A DNA stretch of 64,000 bases, taken from Octopus vulgaris (lineage: Eukaryota). The stretch covers positions 56,916,001 to 56,980,000 of the forward strand of contig OX597825.1 of assembly GCA_951406725.2 (NCBI GenBank), read 5' to 3'. Below are positions 39,873 to 53,452 of the stretch, in pieces. Each line of letters starts with the position of its first letter. Positions within the stretch are counted from its first letter, which is position 1. The notes beneath the pieces were generated by a model. The model was not told the DNA's origin, made no database searches, and saw nothing but the letters and a program-made list of their open reading frames with translations. The translations under genes were made by a program, and so were the position numbers.

Positions 39873-41000
39873 TATTTACAGAATTTTAAAAATCGACACT
39901 GCTTACCAGAAGCCATCACAGATGTGTGTGTGTGTGTGTGTAAAACTGTGGTAAATTTAAAATTGAGACATAAATAATGTGTGTGTGTGTGTGTATTTAC
40001 ATGTAGTAGGGTGTTTAACTGCTTTTAACTAAACAAAGTTTTAAACCAAACAGTGTACCATTTCTGCCTTTCATCTTAACAGTGATCAATAAAATAAAAT
40101 ATATGAACGTCACTATTAATTGTTTTTATAATCTAATATATAAATGTTGTGGCTAAAAGTACTGACATTGTGACCAAACACAATGAGGATATGTCACAAG
40201 GACAGCTGTGCACTTATATCATTTAAGTGCATTGGACGTATTTTGTCTTAATTTGCATACGTGCATTGTTATTTCTGCATTGTTTGATGCTGAAGGTGCA
40301 GTATTGGTTGCGAGCTTTCAACTGGCCTATTGATTCCTTCTTTGATCGTGTCTTTATGTGTAATTCTGTCTGTGAATATATTACTTTATTCGTGTGAGGG
40401 GGGGGAGGGGTAGAAGTGGATGTCTGTGTGTCTTCTTACGTGTGTCTGACTGTCTGGCTGTCTGGCTGTCTGGCTGTCTGCCTGCCTCTTTGTTTCTGTA
40501 TGTCTTCATGTGATTGTGTCTGTGTGCATCAGTATGTGTGTGTGTGTATGTGTGTGTTGTATATGTCTATGAATATCTAGTTTGACATTAATGATGGCGA
40601 TGGTGGCAGCGGTGTTGGTGGTGGTGTTAGTGGTGGTGGTGGTGGTGGTGGTGGTGATGTTGATGGGACTGTGAAAAGGCTGGTGGAGATAATAGTAGCA
40701 GTAATGATATCATTGACAGAGGTGATGGTGTTCATGACAATGGTTATGATAGATGTTTTGGTGGTAACAGTGGTGGTAGTGGTGGTGGTAGTAGTGATGG
40801 TAGTGGTGGTGGTGGTGGTAATGGTGGTTGTGGTGTTGATGGTGGTGGTAGTGGTGTTGTTGTTGTTGGTGGTGGTGGTAGTAGTGATGGTGGTGGTGGT
40901 GGTGGTGGTAATTGTGAAGATGGTGGTGCTGCTATTGTCATAGTACTAACAGTGGCTGTGATGGTATGGTAGCAATGAATAGTGGTATTTAAAGAGGCAT

Positions 41001-41202
41001 ACTCTTTTACTTGTTTCAGTCATTTGACTGTGGCCATGCTGGAGCACCGCCTTTAGTCGAGCAAATTGACCCCAGGACTTATTCTTTGTAAGCCTAGTAC
41101 TTATTCTATTGGTCTGTTTTGCCAAACTGCTAAGTTATGAGGACGTAAGCATACCATCATCAGTTGTCAAGCGATGTTGGGGGGACAAACACAAACACAT
41201 AA

Positions 41203-41240
<38 letters not shown>

Positions 41241-41512
41241 CATCATCATCATCATCATCGTTTAACGTCCGCTCTCCATGCTAGCATGGGTTGGACGGTT
41301 CGACCGGGGATCTGGAAAGCCAGAAGGCTGCACCAGGCTCCAGTCTTATGACAGGCTTCTTTCAGTTTCTGTCTACCAAATCCACTCACAAGGCTTTGGT
41401 CGGCCTGAGGCTATAGTAGAAGACACTTGCCTAAGGTGCCACGCAGTGGGAATGAACTTGGAACCATGTGGTTGGTAAGCAAGCTAATTAACACACAGCC
41501 ACTCCTGCGCCT
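41001..41512 (-). mobile_element. SINE family A with an RTE 3' tail nested in its internal (TA)n
   Basis: SINE halves separated by (CAT)n-CGTTTAACGTCCGC..GCACCAGGCTCC at ~41240-41345. Confidence 0.85.
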
Positions 41513-41538
41513 AGGTATGTTAATGAGGTTGGTGTTGA

Positions 41539-41569
<31 letters not shown>

Positions 41570-42085
41570 GGTGCTGGTGGTGCTGGCGGTGGTGCTGGTG
41601 GTGGTGGTGGTGGTGCTGCTGCTGCTGTTACTGTTGTTGTTAAGCAACAAGACGGGTAAGGGTGATTAGTTGATGGTCTAGGGCTTAGGAGCGGGAGACC
41701 CCCAGACCTTGGAAAAAAAAACTTTGGCCGTCTTGTTGTAGTCGAGGGCTCTTCATTGACACCCAACACCACTGGGAGGTGGCCCTCGAAGTCGCTGGAA
41801 ATGGAGATCTCCAGGTCCAAATTCTTGAACGGCTGCTGCTGCTGCTGCTGGTTTCATCATCGTCATCATGGTGGTGGCAGTGATCATTGTGGTCATAGTC
41901 ATCATCATCGTGGTGGTTGAGTAATGACACAAAGTATTATCCCAAAGAGGGTCTTTATATATAAAGGAAATAAATTTCAAGGATGTACCTGTCTCCAAAT
42001 TTTCTATTATTATAATTATTACTAATATATATATATAGATAAATATAGATATATATATGCATATATATGTATATATATATGTATA

Positions 42086-42130
<45 letters not shown>

Positions 42131-42210
42131 TGAGAGTTCCATGCATTGGCACTTAACACATTATTTTTCCTGTTTGCATCACCATACCTGTAAAAAAAAA
42201 TAAATAAATA

Positions 42211-42610
42211 CTCTTTTACTTGTTTCAGTCATTTTGACTGTGGCCATGCTGGAGCACCGCCTTTAGTCAAGCAAATCGACCCCAGGACTTAGTCTTTGTA
42301 GGCCTAGTATTTATTCTATTGGTCAGTTTTGCCGAACTGCTAAGTTATGGGGACATAAACACACCGGCATCGGTTGTCAAGCGATGTTGGGGGGACAAAC
42401 ACGGACACACAAGCATATACACATGCATACAGATATATATATACATATATATGACGAGCTTCTTTCAGTTTCCATCTACCAAATACACTCACAAGGCTTT
42501 GGTTGGCCCGAGGCTATAGTAGAAGACACTTGCCCAAGGTGCCATGCAGTAGGACTGAACCAGGAACCATGTGGTTGGTAAGCAAGCTACTTACCACACA
42601 GTCACTCCTA
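42211..42610 (-). mobile_element. SINE family A
   Basis: Full-length reverse copy. Confidence 0.9.
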
Positions 42611-43015
42611 AACCTATATATCTTTTATATTTGTTTATGGGAAACATTCTGAATATGCAAATAAAGCTCCTATTCCATTATGCCAGCCACCATCTAATGC
42701 CGTTGACTAGTGAAACAGTTTTTGGGGTTTTCATCAAGTTGTAGCGATATAATGTAGGATAAATATAATAATAATAACAATAATCCTTGGATAGAATTTA
42801 TAATCATTTATAAACCATTAAGACCTACAACCACCCAACTATTTTTATTGACTGCAGATAATAATAACAATAATAATATCTATATGAATATTCACTTCTG
42901 AATATTTACTTCTTATTAGTATATTTACACTGAAACTGTTCTGATTTTGACACAAAACAATTCACAGCACTGACAGACTTCAATGTGACAAGTTGAAATC
43001 TTTTCACTTGATAAA

Positions 43016-43069
43016 ACTTGCTGATGAAGGTTAAGACTTTTCGCCAGAACTAAAAACCATGGTTCAAGT
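43016..43069 (+). ncRNA. Decayed minimal hammerhead ribozyme
   Basis: ACTTG/CAAGT stem I, CTGATGA, GGTT/AACT stem II, GAAA replaced by an A-run, palindromic CCATGG, GTT triplet. Confidence 0.55.
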
Positions 43070-43244
43070 GTATCCAAATACCAGAATATATAGCATTGAG
43101 CTGTATTAGTATGTTAAAATGCTTTAACCCATTTGCCCAACTACTGTTGTTTTTCTGTTGAATTTTTCAGTGTTATTAGTGGTTTAACTTAAGGTTTTAA
43201 CTCCTCTTTCTAGCAAGCAGGCTCTTTGTGTGCCCTTATGATAA

Positions 43245-43322
<78 letters not shown>

Positions 43323-44484
43323 AAACAAAGCATATCGACTTCATTTAATGTCTGTATTCCATGTCAGGATAGGTTGGATGATTTGACAGGATCCAATAAG
43401 ATGGAGGGCTGCATTGAGCTCTAATATCAGCTTTGGCATTGTTTCAATGGCTGGATAACCTTCCTGATGCCAACTAGTTTACGGTGTCTGTTGGGTACTT
43501 TTCTCATGACACTGGCACCAGTGAGATCATCAAGTAACTTTGCAAGACAATGCCTCTTGACAGAGTAATGATACATTATTAAGGTAAGTGGCTTGGTGTC
43601 AGGTGTTGAGAAGTGTAATAGCAGAACAGTTGTCATACTCAAGTGGAGATACATTGCTACATCAGCTAGAAAGGGAGAAAGAATGGTGGAGCTGACATGT
43701 TAGGGTATATCTTCAATGTACAGGAAGGTGGATAAAGAGAGAATAAAGACAGACAATCAATGAAGGCAAGGTGGGTAGAATCAAGGGTGTATGAAAGGAG
43801 AGTGGCAGAGATGTAGATAGAAATGCAGAGAATGATGAACATGGTTGGAGTATATGTGTGTATATAATCTCCCTCATATATATATATAGATAGATAGATA
43901 GATAGATAGATAGACAGATAGGTATAGATATATACTTACATACACATATATACATATATGTATATATAGGCGTGTGTGTATGTATTTATGTGTTTCTGTG
44001 TGTATGTGTGTTTGTGTCTGTGTGTTTGTGTGTCTGTGTGTCTGTGTGTGTCTGTATGTATTGTAGAATTATCATCATCATTTCTCGTCTACTTTTCTCA
44101 AACCAAATTAGTTGACATCAATAAAATGTACGAATCAGAAATGTGAAAATATTGACATGAAATCATTAAAAAGGAACATCGCAAGATTATGTCTGACGTT
44201 AAATATATTTCAGTCAAAAGAAACACAAATAATCTTATTTTTATGAGGATTCTGAAAAATCAGCAGCATTGGTGACTGGTTGGTTGTAGGAAGGGACAGG
44301 ATATTTTGATTGTTTTGGGTTTTGTTGCTTTTTTTATTATTTCAATTGCTTTAACTCTTAGTTTTTGAGGGCCACATGACAATTAATTAGAAACAAAGCA
44401 TCAAATGAAGGGATGGCTGGCTGGTTGGTTGGTTGGTTGGTTGGTTGGTTGGCTGCTTGCTTGCTTGCTTACTTGGTAGCCTTG

Positions 44485-44716
44485 TTTCTTTATTGCCCAC
44501 AAGGGGCTAAACATAGAGGGGGACAAACAAGGACAGACAAAGGAATTAAGTCGATTACATCAACCCCAATACGCAACTGGTACTTAATTTATCGACCTCG
44601 AAAGGATGAAAGGCAAAGTCGACCTCGGCAGAATTTGAACTCAGAATGTAAAGACAGACGAAATACCGCTAAACATTTCACCCGGCGTGCTAACATTTCT
44701 GCCACCTCGCCACCTT
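44485..44716 (-). mobile_element. SINE family B
   Basis: Same motifs as 3670-3900. Confidence 0.9.
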
Positions 44717-45114
44717 ATAGCCTTGTTGGTAGTCATCATCAAATATTTATTGATTAATTTCAATATGAAAAGAATGGTTAATAGAGGTTAAAGATTTTAA
44801 CATATTCACAACAAAGTTTGTATTTTATTTCCCCAAATTATGGTTTGTTGTAGAGTTTTATTTTTGCTATAAAAAGCAAAAATAATAAAAATGAATTATT
44901 ACTATTACTATTATTGTTATTGTATTTCAAATTCTACCAAGGTCGACTTTGCCTTTCGTCCTTCAGGGGGTCAATAAATTAAGTACCAGTGAAACATCAG
45001 GGTTGAGGTAATTGACTTATCCCCTCCCCTAAAATGGCTGCCGTTGTGGCAAAATTTGAAACCATTATTATTTTTTTTTTTTGTTGTTGTTGGTATTATT
45101 ATTATTATTATTAT

Positions 45115-45507
45115 TCAGTAGTTTTATTTTTATAGCGTGCTTTCACTTCACTACCGAGCACAGCTCTGTGTACCTTGGGTATGTGCTGTGATTTGTTGTG
45201 ATGCTCTGATGGTTATTGTATGGAAAGTGTTCTGCGTAGGATGTGTGCAGTGCCTAGTAGTGCAATTTTCTGTATGTTATATGTGTTTGTAAGTCCTGGT
45301 GTTTTGTTATGTATTTGTCTGAATATTTTTTTATCATGCCTAATGCACCTACTATGATAGGAATTGTTTCTGTTTTCAGGTTCCACATTCTAGTTACCTC
45401 TATTTCCAGGTCTTTGTATTTTGAGAGTTTCTCCATTTCTTTTAGAGACACGTTGTCATCTGCCGGTATTGATACATCAATTAGAAAGCATTTTTTTTCT
45501 TCATGAT

Positions 45508-45510
<3 letters not shown>
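45115..45510 (-). mobile_element. R4/Dong-like RLE element 3' end inserted in (TTA)n
   Basis: KCFLIDVSIPADDNVSLKEMEKLSKYKDLEIEVTRMWNLKTETIPIIVGALG; (TTA)n on both sides. Confidence 0.9.
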
Positions 45511-45548
<38 letters not shown>

Positions 45549-45619
45549 CATCATCATTATTATTATTATTATTATTTTTATTTTTATTTTTATTGTTGTT
45601 GTTGTTGTTGTTGTTGTTG

Positions 45620-45671
<52 letters not shown>

Positions 45672-45679
45672 CATCATCA

Positions 45680-45711
<32 letters not shown>

Positions 45712-45751
45712 TTTATTTTTATTTTTATTTTTATTGTTGTTGTTGTTGTTG

Positions 45752-45798
<47 letters not shown>

Positions 45799-45816
45799 GT
45801 TATTATTATTATTATG

Positions 45817-46480
45817 CATTAGGGAGTTCTGGGATTGTGTGGAGCTGTTGTGTGTAAGATTAATTCAGCTGTCTACCGATTGTATAGTGAAGATCAATTT
45901 GCCACCTTCCCTTAGCAGAGAAGGAAGGCAGGTCTTTCTCTGCTTAGTGGCTGTCACAAAAGAGGCTGTGTGATAGATTTTTCTGAAAGGTTTGAAAACA
46001 GGCACTTTCCTATCTGACCAAGCCCTCATCAATTTCTTCAAATATCATTTGAAGAGAAAAGTGAGGGCAGAGAGGAAGATGTTGTCTTCCAGTGTGTTTA
46101 TCAAACGGTGGTCGACAGTAGCAAGACTGGTGAGGCTGAATGGATCTATTCTGAATATGCTTTTCTAAGCAGGAGGAAAGAAACTGGATGCCTTGGGGAT
46201 GGCTGAGTAATCCGGGACTTTTGTGTGGAGGGTTTACCCCAGATTGCCCTAAGTGGACTGCCCTGCTATTGGGGATTCTATTTATTATTTATTATTTATT
46301 TCTCTAATTTCTGTTATATATCCACTGTTATATGCTTAAATGTGGTAGTGTTTCCCTTTGATCAATATAAACCCTACCAGTTGTTTGTTTGCACCTTTGC
46401 TTTTGTATTTTTGTTTTTATTTTGCTTCCTTCAATATTGTGCTCCATATCTTGGACCCTTGTGGCCAATAAAAGAAATCA
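45817..46480 (+). mobile_element. Probable L1/Tx1-like LINE 3' end
   Basis: EFWDCVELL..FLCLVAVTKEAV..LINFFKYHLKRKVRAER..FIKRW, then a T-rich UTR ending CCAATAAAAGAAA. Confidence 0.55.
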
Positions 46481-46513
46481 TTATCATTATTATTGTTGTT
46501 GTTGTTGTTGTTG

Positions 46514-46560
<47 letters not shown>

Positions 46561-47115
46561 GATGAGAGAGCAGTGCATGACATCAAAGTGACACTGTGGT
46601 AAAATATACGAAGCCCAGTATACCCATCATGACTACCAGTCTGATAAGGGTACACTAGGCACATGCAGCACAACCATATGTGTGCGACATGGTGATCTTA
46701 TATCAAGATAAACAGTGCATGACCTTGAAGGTGGGGCCCAGTTAGAATTTTCTTCTGGTCAAGTAACCCATCCCATTCAAAAGGTCCCTGAATAAGGGTT
46801 GTTTAAGGATGTTGAACAAAACACCCAAGTTTCTAGAGGTGAATTATTCAAATCCCAAAGAATCCCTCTCAACACATGCCTATGATGCTCCCTACTACTT
46901 CTGCTCGTGACCAGAGATGCACATATCATCACCCACTAAGGGACATGTTCAACTGGTTAAGGTCAAACAACTGACAAGCAAATCTGTGGTATTGAGCAGA
47001 ATATTTGATGTAGCCCATCTTTTATACCAAGACAAAACAATGTACATGATAACACTTACAATCAGTTAAGATCAGAAGCCACGAGAGCCACTGCCTGGTA
47101 CTGCATCAGGACATA
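46561..47115. mobile_element. Non-coding ~550-bp interspersed element embedded in (TTA)n
   Basis: Sharp boundaries against triplet microsatellites; partial inverted homolog at ~16880-17030. Confidence 0.6.
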
Positions 47116-47143
47116 AGATCAGAAGCCACGAGAGTCATCATCA

Positions 47144-47219
<76 letters not shown>

Positions 47220-47295
47220 CATCATCATCATCATTATTATTACCTATTTATTTCATTGATGTCATAAAGAAGCCACGAGAGTCATTATTATTATT

Positions 47296-47327
<32 letters not shown>

Positions 47328-47469
47328 TATTATTATGTATTTATTTCATTGAAGTCATAAAGATCTGAAAATTCTGATTATAGGTTGAATATAAAACAGA
47401 ATTGAAACTTCATTTAAAAAAATAGAAAATAAATAAAACGTCATCATCATCATCATCATCATCATGATT

Positions 47470-49735
47470 TAAAATTTTAGCAGAAAGCCCATCAAGTTTA
47501 AGGGAGTGAATAGTTGATTACATTGATCCCCAGTGCTCAACTGGTACATATAAAAGGTAAACTCAACTTCAGCAGCATTTGTACTCAGAAAGTAAAGCTG
47601 AAAGAAATACTGGTGAGCTGTTTGTCCAGCATGTTAGCGATTCTGTCGGTTTGTAACAATAATAATTAAAATTACTTTAAAATTTTGATACAGGGACAGC
47701 AATTTTGGGTGAGGTGTAAGTCAAGTACATCGACTCAACTGGTACTTATTTTATTAACCCTGAAAGAATAAAAAGCAAAGCTGACCTTGGTGGAATTTGA
47801 ACTCAGAGCATAAAGACATTAAAAGCTGCTAAGCACTTTGCCTGGTATGCTAACAACTCTGCCAGCTTGCCACCTTAGTCATAATAATAATATTTTGGCA
47901 CAAGACCAGCAGCTTTGGGGTAGGGGTTAGTAGATTACATCGACCCCTGTACTTGACTGGTACTTATTTTATTGACCCCGAAAGGATGAAAGGATGAACG
48001 GCAACGTCAACCTCAGAGGAATTTGAACTCAGAATGTAGTCACAGACGAAAAGCCACTAAGCATTTTGCCCAGCACAACCTTAACCATAATAATAATATA
48101 AGTTTCAAATTTTGGCACAAGGCCAGCACTTTTGAGAGAGGGGTAAGTTGATAACATTGACCCCCAGCACTCAACTGGTACTTATTTTAATGACCCTGAA
48201 AGGATGAAAAGCAAAGTTGACTTCAGCAGAATTTGAACTCAGAATGCAAAGATAGACAAAATGTTACTAAACATATTGCCCTGTGTGCTAATGGTCTGGC
48301 CAGCTTGCCACCTAAACATTATAATTGATAGTAGTAATATTCATTTCAAATGTTGGCACAAGGCCAGCAATTTCAGGGAAGAGGATAAAGCCAATAACAT
48401 TGACCCAACACTCAACTGATACTTTATTTCATTGATCCCAAAAGGATGAAATGCAAAGTCGACCTTGGTGGAATTTGAACTCGGAATGCAAAAAATGGAC
48501 AAAATGTCACTGACCATTTTTCCCAGTGTGCTAACGATTCTACTGCTTTACCCACAGTAATAATATTGATTTCAAATTTTGGCACAAGGCAAGTAATTTG
48601 GTGGCGGAAGGGGTAAGCCAATTACATCAATCCTAGTACTCTACTAGTACTCTACTAGTACTTCTTTTGTTGACCCTTGAGAGGATAAGAGGCAAAGTTG
48701 ACCTCAGCAGAATTTGAACTCAGAACATAAAGACAAACAAAATGCTGCAAAGCATTTTGCCTGGCATGCAAACGATTCTACAAGGCCACCACCTTATACC
48801 ATAATAATAATATTAACAATTCTTTCTAATTTTGGTGCTAGGCTAGCAATTTTCAAGGAAAGGGGACAAGTCAACTCTAATACATGACCAGTACTTTATA
48901 CTATCCCCTAAAATATGAAAACTAAAGTTGACTTTAGCAGGATTCAAAGTTTTAGCACAAGGCCAGCAATTTTAGGGGAAGATTAATTAGCAGTAAGAAT
49001 ACACATGATGTAGACATTTCCAAATATCCAAAAAGCTCTCTAGAAATAGAAGATAGCTTTCACTAGCCAGGTAACTTCATCAGCAGGAGAAGCCAGGAGA
49101 GGCTAAGTCAATAACATCAACCCCAGCACTTAACTGGAACTTATTTTAATGACCCTGGAAGGATGAAAAACAAAGTTGACCTTGGTGGAGTTTGAACTCA
49201 GAATGCAAAGATGAATGAAATGTCACTAAGCATTTTGCATTGTGTGCTAATGATCTGGCCAGCTTGCCTCATTAACATTATGATTGATAGTAGTAATCTG
49301 AAGGCATGATAACTGGAGTCAGAACCAGATGGAAAAAGATTCAGTGAGCTTTTTATCTTAGCTGGTAATGAAAAACTTCTTTTTCAAAGTGAAGGGCTGA
49401 TTTTATGTATCTTGTTTATGAAGTGTAATGATGCATGGTGTTGAAACCATGGTACTGAACGTGCAGTAACTGCGAAGGTTGGAAAAATAAGAAAAGAATG
49501 CTCCCCTAGATGTGTAATGTTGGTTTCAAATTTCGGCTCAAGGCCATCAATTCCAAGAGGAAGTCGATTACATCAACCCCAGTATTCAACTGGTACCTAT
49601 TTTATCAACCCTGAAAGGATGAAAAGCAAAGTTAACCCTAGTGGAATTTGAACTCAGAACGTGAAGATGGATGAAATACCGCAAAGCATTTCACCCGCCA
49701 TGCTAACGTTTCTGCCAGCTCGCTGCCTTACCACT
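47470..49735 (-). repeat. Head-to-tail array of ~9 diverged family B-like SINE units (~200-250 bp period)
   Basis: TTTTGGCACAAGGCCAGCAATTT-like unit starts at about 47475, 47680, 47890, 48105, 48345, 48570, 48825, 48950 and 49525, mostly separated by short (AAT)n. Confidence 0.85.
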
Positions 49736-50112
49736 GGATGTGTAATGTTGGTGTACATAAAGGACAAAGCAAAGATAAGTTGAGAGAAAAGGCAGATGTA
49801 AGAGAAATCTGATGCAGCATGTGAGGGAGAAGTGTGAACTGGTACAAACATACATGTGATGCATATGAAAGAATGACAGAACAAGGTGGTCCAGGTATTA
49901 TAAACTTGCAGAAGACAGAGCAAGGAAGACATGGGGAAAAGTGGCAAACGCAAATCTCAACAATGTGAATCACAGGAAAATGTTGGGAAACTGTCTTGAA
50001 CCAGTGGCAAGAACGCTTTAGTGAAGAAGACACATCCAACCTATGGAAGCATAGAGAAAGGGCACAAATTATGATAATGATGATGATGACAATGATTATG
50101 ACAACGTGATAA

Positions 50113-50146
<34 letters not shown>

Positions 50147-50154
50147 ACACACAC

Positions 50155-50207
<53 letters not shown>

Positions 50208-50531
50208 CTATCTCCTTTCTAATGATTCTTTGTCCAAACTTGCAGATATGAAATATAACTTCACTGTTGACGAACTAAATGAAAATATGATCGAATGCAA
50301 AAAGAAAAACCCCAACACAAAAGAAGAAACCATAAAACCAATATTTAAATGAATGAGAGAATAATAGTTTCATTCATTGGAGAAGTGAAGTGGATCTCTA
50401 ATTAGTAACAGTTTAGTGTTGATTGAACTATTGTGTTATATAGTGAGGACACAGAAAATATATATATATGCTTATATGTATATATACATATATGTATATA
50501 ATTATATTTGTACATATGCATGTGTGTGTGC

Positions 50532-50616
<85 letters not shown>

Positions 50617-50679
50617 TATAAACACGTAAATATATACATATATGTGAACATATAAATGTATGTTGGAAAGCATGAATAC

Positions 50680-50729
<50 letters not shown>

Positions 50730-50873
50730 GTATGCATATATATGTATATGTATATGTGTGTATGTGTGTGTGTGTGTGTGTGTGTGTATTTATATATATA
50801 CATGTATAGATACATATATACATATTATAAATATGTATATAATTTTATATATATTGTTTTACATATATATATC

Positions 50874-50910
<37 letters not shown>

Positions 50911-51365
50911 ACACACACATACACACACACACACATACAAACGTATACATACATTTAGAAAGAGGGAGGTACAGATATATTTACATATTTGTATAGACAA
51001 ACAGACAGACAGCTAAGCAGACAGATAGATGGGCAGACAAATAGACAGACAGACAAGCAAGCAGACAGACAGACAGACAGAGAAATACACATTTTCTCAT
51101 ACCTACTAAAATATACACTTTCATATATAGACACATGCATGCCAATATACATCTACCTGCATATAGATACAGAATCAAGAATGCATACAGCCACACAAAT
51201 ATACCTGAAACTATACATGCAAATCAATACATACATACATCTATATATATGTGTGTTTGAGTGTGTGTGTGTATGTATGTATATATTTGTGCATATACAT
51301 ATATGTATATATATGTATATATATGTGTGTATATATATATAAATATATATATTTATATATATATA

Positions 51366-51442
<77 letters not shown>

Positions 51443-51572
51443 ATAAATATACATACATGCTCATACGAATAGGCATATACACATATATGCACATGTGGTA
51501 CGTGCACATCTATATTTTGATGTGTGCATATGTGTGTATGTGTGTATGTGTGTATGTGTGCGCATATGTATG

Positions 51573-52460
51573 CAAGGTGCGATGGGTAAATTGTTGCCAT
51601 TTTATATTTTAATTTCGCACATGTGCATTGTTTCTTTTTTTTATTTCATCAACTAAACAGTATAGTAGGGTCAGTTTGGCAGCGTCTGTGAGAAAAACAG
51701 CACCATGATGCAATTCATGCTACCAGCAGTTTGAAGACAATATGCTGTACTGCTTGGCATTCGTGCCAGAAGCTCCAAAATAAACATTTCAGAATGTTTG
51801 GGTGTCAATCTGAGGTCAGTGCAATCTGAGGACATGTAGCAAGAGTGATAAAAATCAAACATCCAGTCAACATCATGGCGTTTGGAGTGATCAGTAGTGA
51901 TGGCGATATTATGCCTCCATTCATCTCACACAGCCTCATGCTCAACATGGAGGCCTACATCAAGTGCCTGGAGGAGGTAATGCTGCCCTGGGTCAAGAGG
52001 GTTGCTGCTGGAAGACCCTAAGTCTAGCAACAGGACTCTGCACCATGCTACACAAGTGGGAGAACCCAGTCATGGCTGTCAGACAATTTCTGTGACCGCA
52101 TCACCCCTAACATCTGGCCACCTATCTCCCCAGACTACAACCCCACTTGATTATTATGCGTGGATTGCAGTTGAGTGAGGGACCAACAAAACTCCCTGTA
52201 ACACCAAAGATGAACTGAGCACAAGGATTATGGCAGTATTCACCAACTTAAACAAGGAGACCATCCAGAAGAGTTGCAGGAGATTCCAAAGTAGTCTGGA
52301 GGCTGTGGTTGAAGCCAATGGTAATTTTATTGAATAAATTAACTCTTCAATATTTCAAGATATTTTTATATAATTTTAGTAAATATATTTATTAAAATGA
52401 GATGTCAGTGTTATTTTCATTTTTGCATAATTTAGACAACAGTTTATTCACTGCATCTTG
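51573..52460 (+). mobile_element. Internally deleted DD37D (maT-type) transposon
   Basis: Imperfect TIRs CAAGGTGCGATGGGTAAATTGTTGCC / GACAACAGTTTATTCACTGCATCTTG. QQDSAPCY..WPPISPDYNP-LDYY gives 37 residues between the 2nd and 3rd D after correcting a 1-nt slip. Stops present. Confidence 0.85.
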
Positions 52461-52507
52461 TATGTATGTATATATATATACACATGTATATATATAAATA
52501 TATACAC

Positions 52508-52569
<62 letters not shown>

Positions 52570-52646
52570 TCATCATCATCATCATCATCTTCATCATCAT
52601 CATCATTTAACATCCATTTGTTTTCCAAGCTGGCATGAGTAGAATG

Positions 52647-52727
<81 letters not shown>

Positions 52728-52847
52728 CATACATATAGTTCAAATGTACAGAAAACAAAATAGAGTCACAGGTGGGGAAACAACAAGCAGGTGTACTAGC
52801 TTGATACTCAGAAAAAAATGGAAAAGTGTATGATGTTTCAAGCCTCA

Positions 52848-53452
52848 AACTGACAGTTAGACATTTACTTACAAAACCAAGTGCTCCAATTATTATTGGT
52901 ATAAATGTAAATTTGTAATCTGGATATAGAAGCAGGAGATTTCGAAGCAGTTATCTTCTTTCTGAGATGTAATATTTATCACCACCTATATACAGCATTC
53001 CTCTCTAATAGAGATTTTCTTAAGAAGCTAGTTTATCTTCTTTCTTTGATTTTCAAAGTGATATTCACATCAGCAGGACAGCTGACCTTTATGGCTGTAC
53101 ATACTTTGTCTTGTCTCTCTCAAGCAACAAAATCCATCTTGACAGATGTTTTGATGGGAATGTTCCACCAGTATTCCTTGTGTTAGTATTTATGTACGTA
53201 TTCAATAATGGTGGAATTCTCTATATTTATTTCAGAACAGTCTTTTTTTCTGGATGGCATTGTATATTGTTTTCACAACAGCATCATGTCACATAGAAAG
53301 GTAGTATCTTGATGACATTTTTGGGCAGTTGCTAATCACAGGTGTGATGTCTTCCACAGAAATACAACATAATCTACATTTTCAGTTGTATCTTGGAACT
53401 CCAAGAGCTTCACTGTCTCTTTTCTTGATTAGGTATTCTTGATTAGGTATTT
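52848..53452 (-). mobile_element. RLE non-LTR fragment, family of 25030-25505
   Basis: KYLIKKRD..CRLCCISVEDITPVISNCPKMSSRYYL..VSCPADVNITLKIKEKED. Confidence 0.75.

Noticed and set aside
49045-49090. Minus-strand CTGATGA..GAAAGCTA
   Set aside because: No stem I or stem II pairing.
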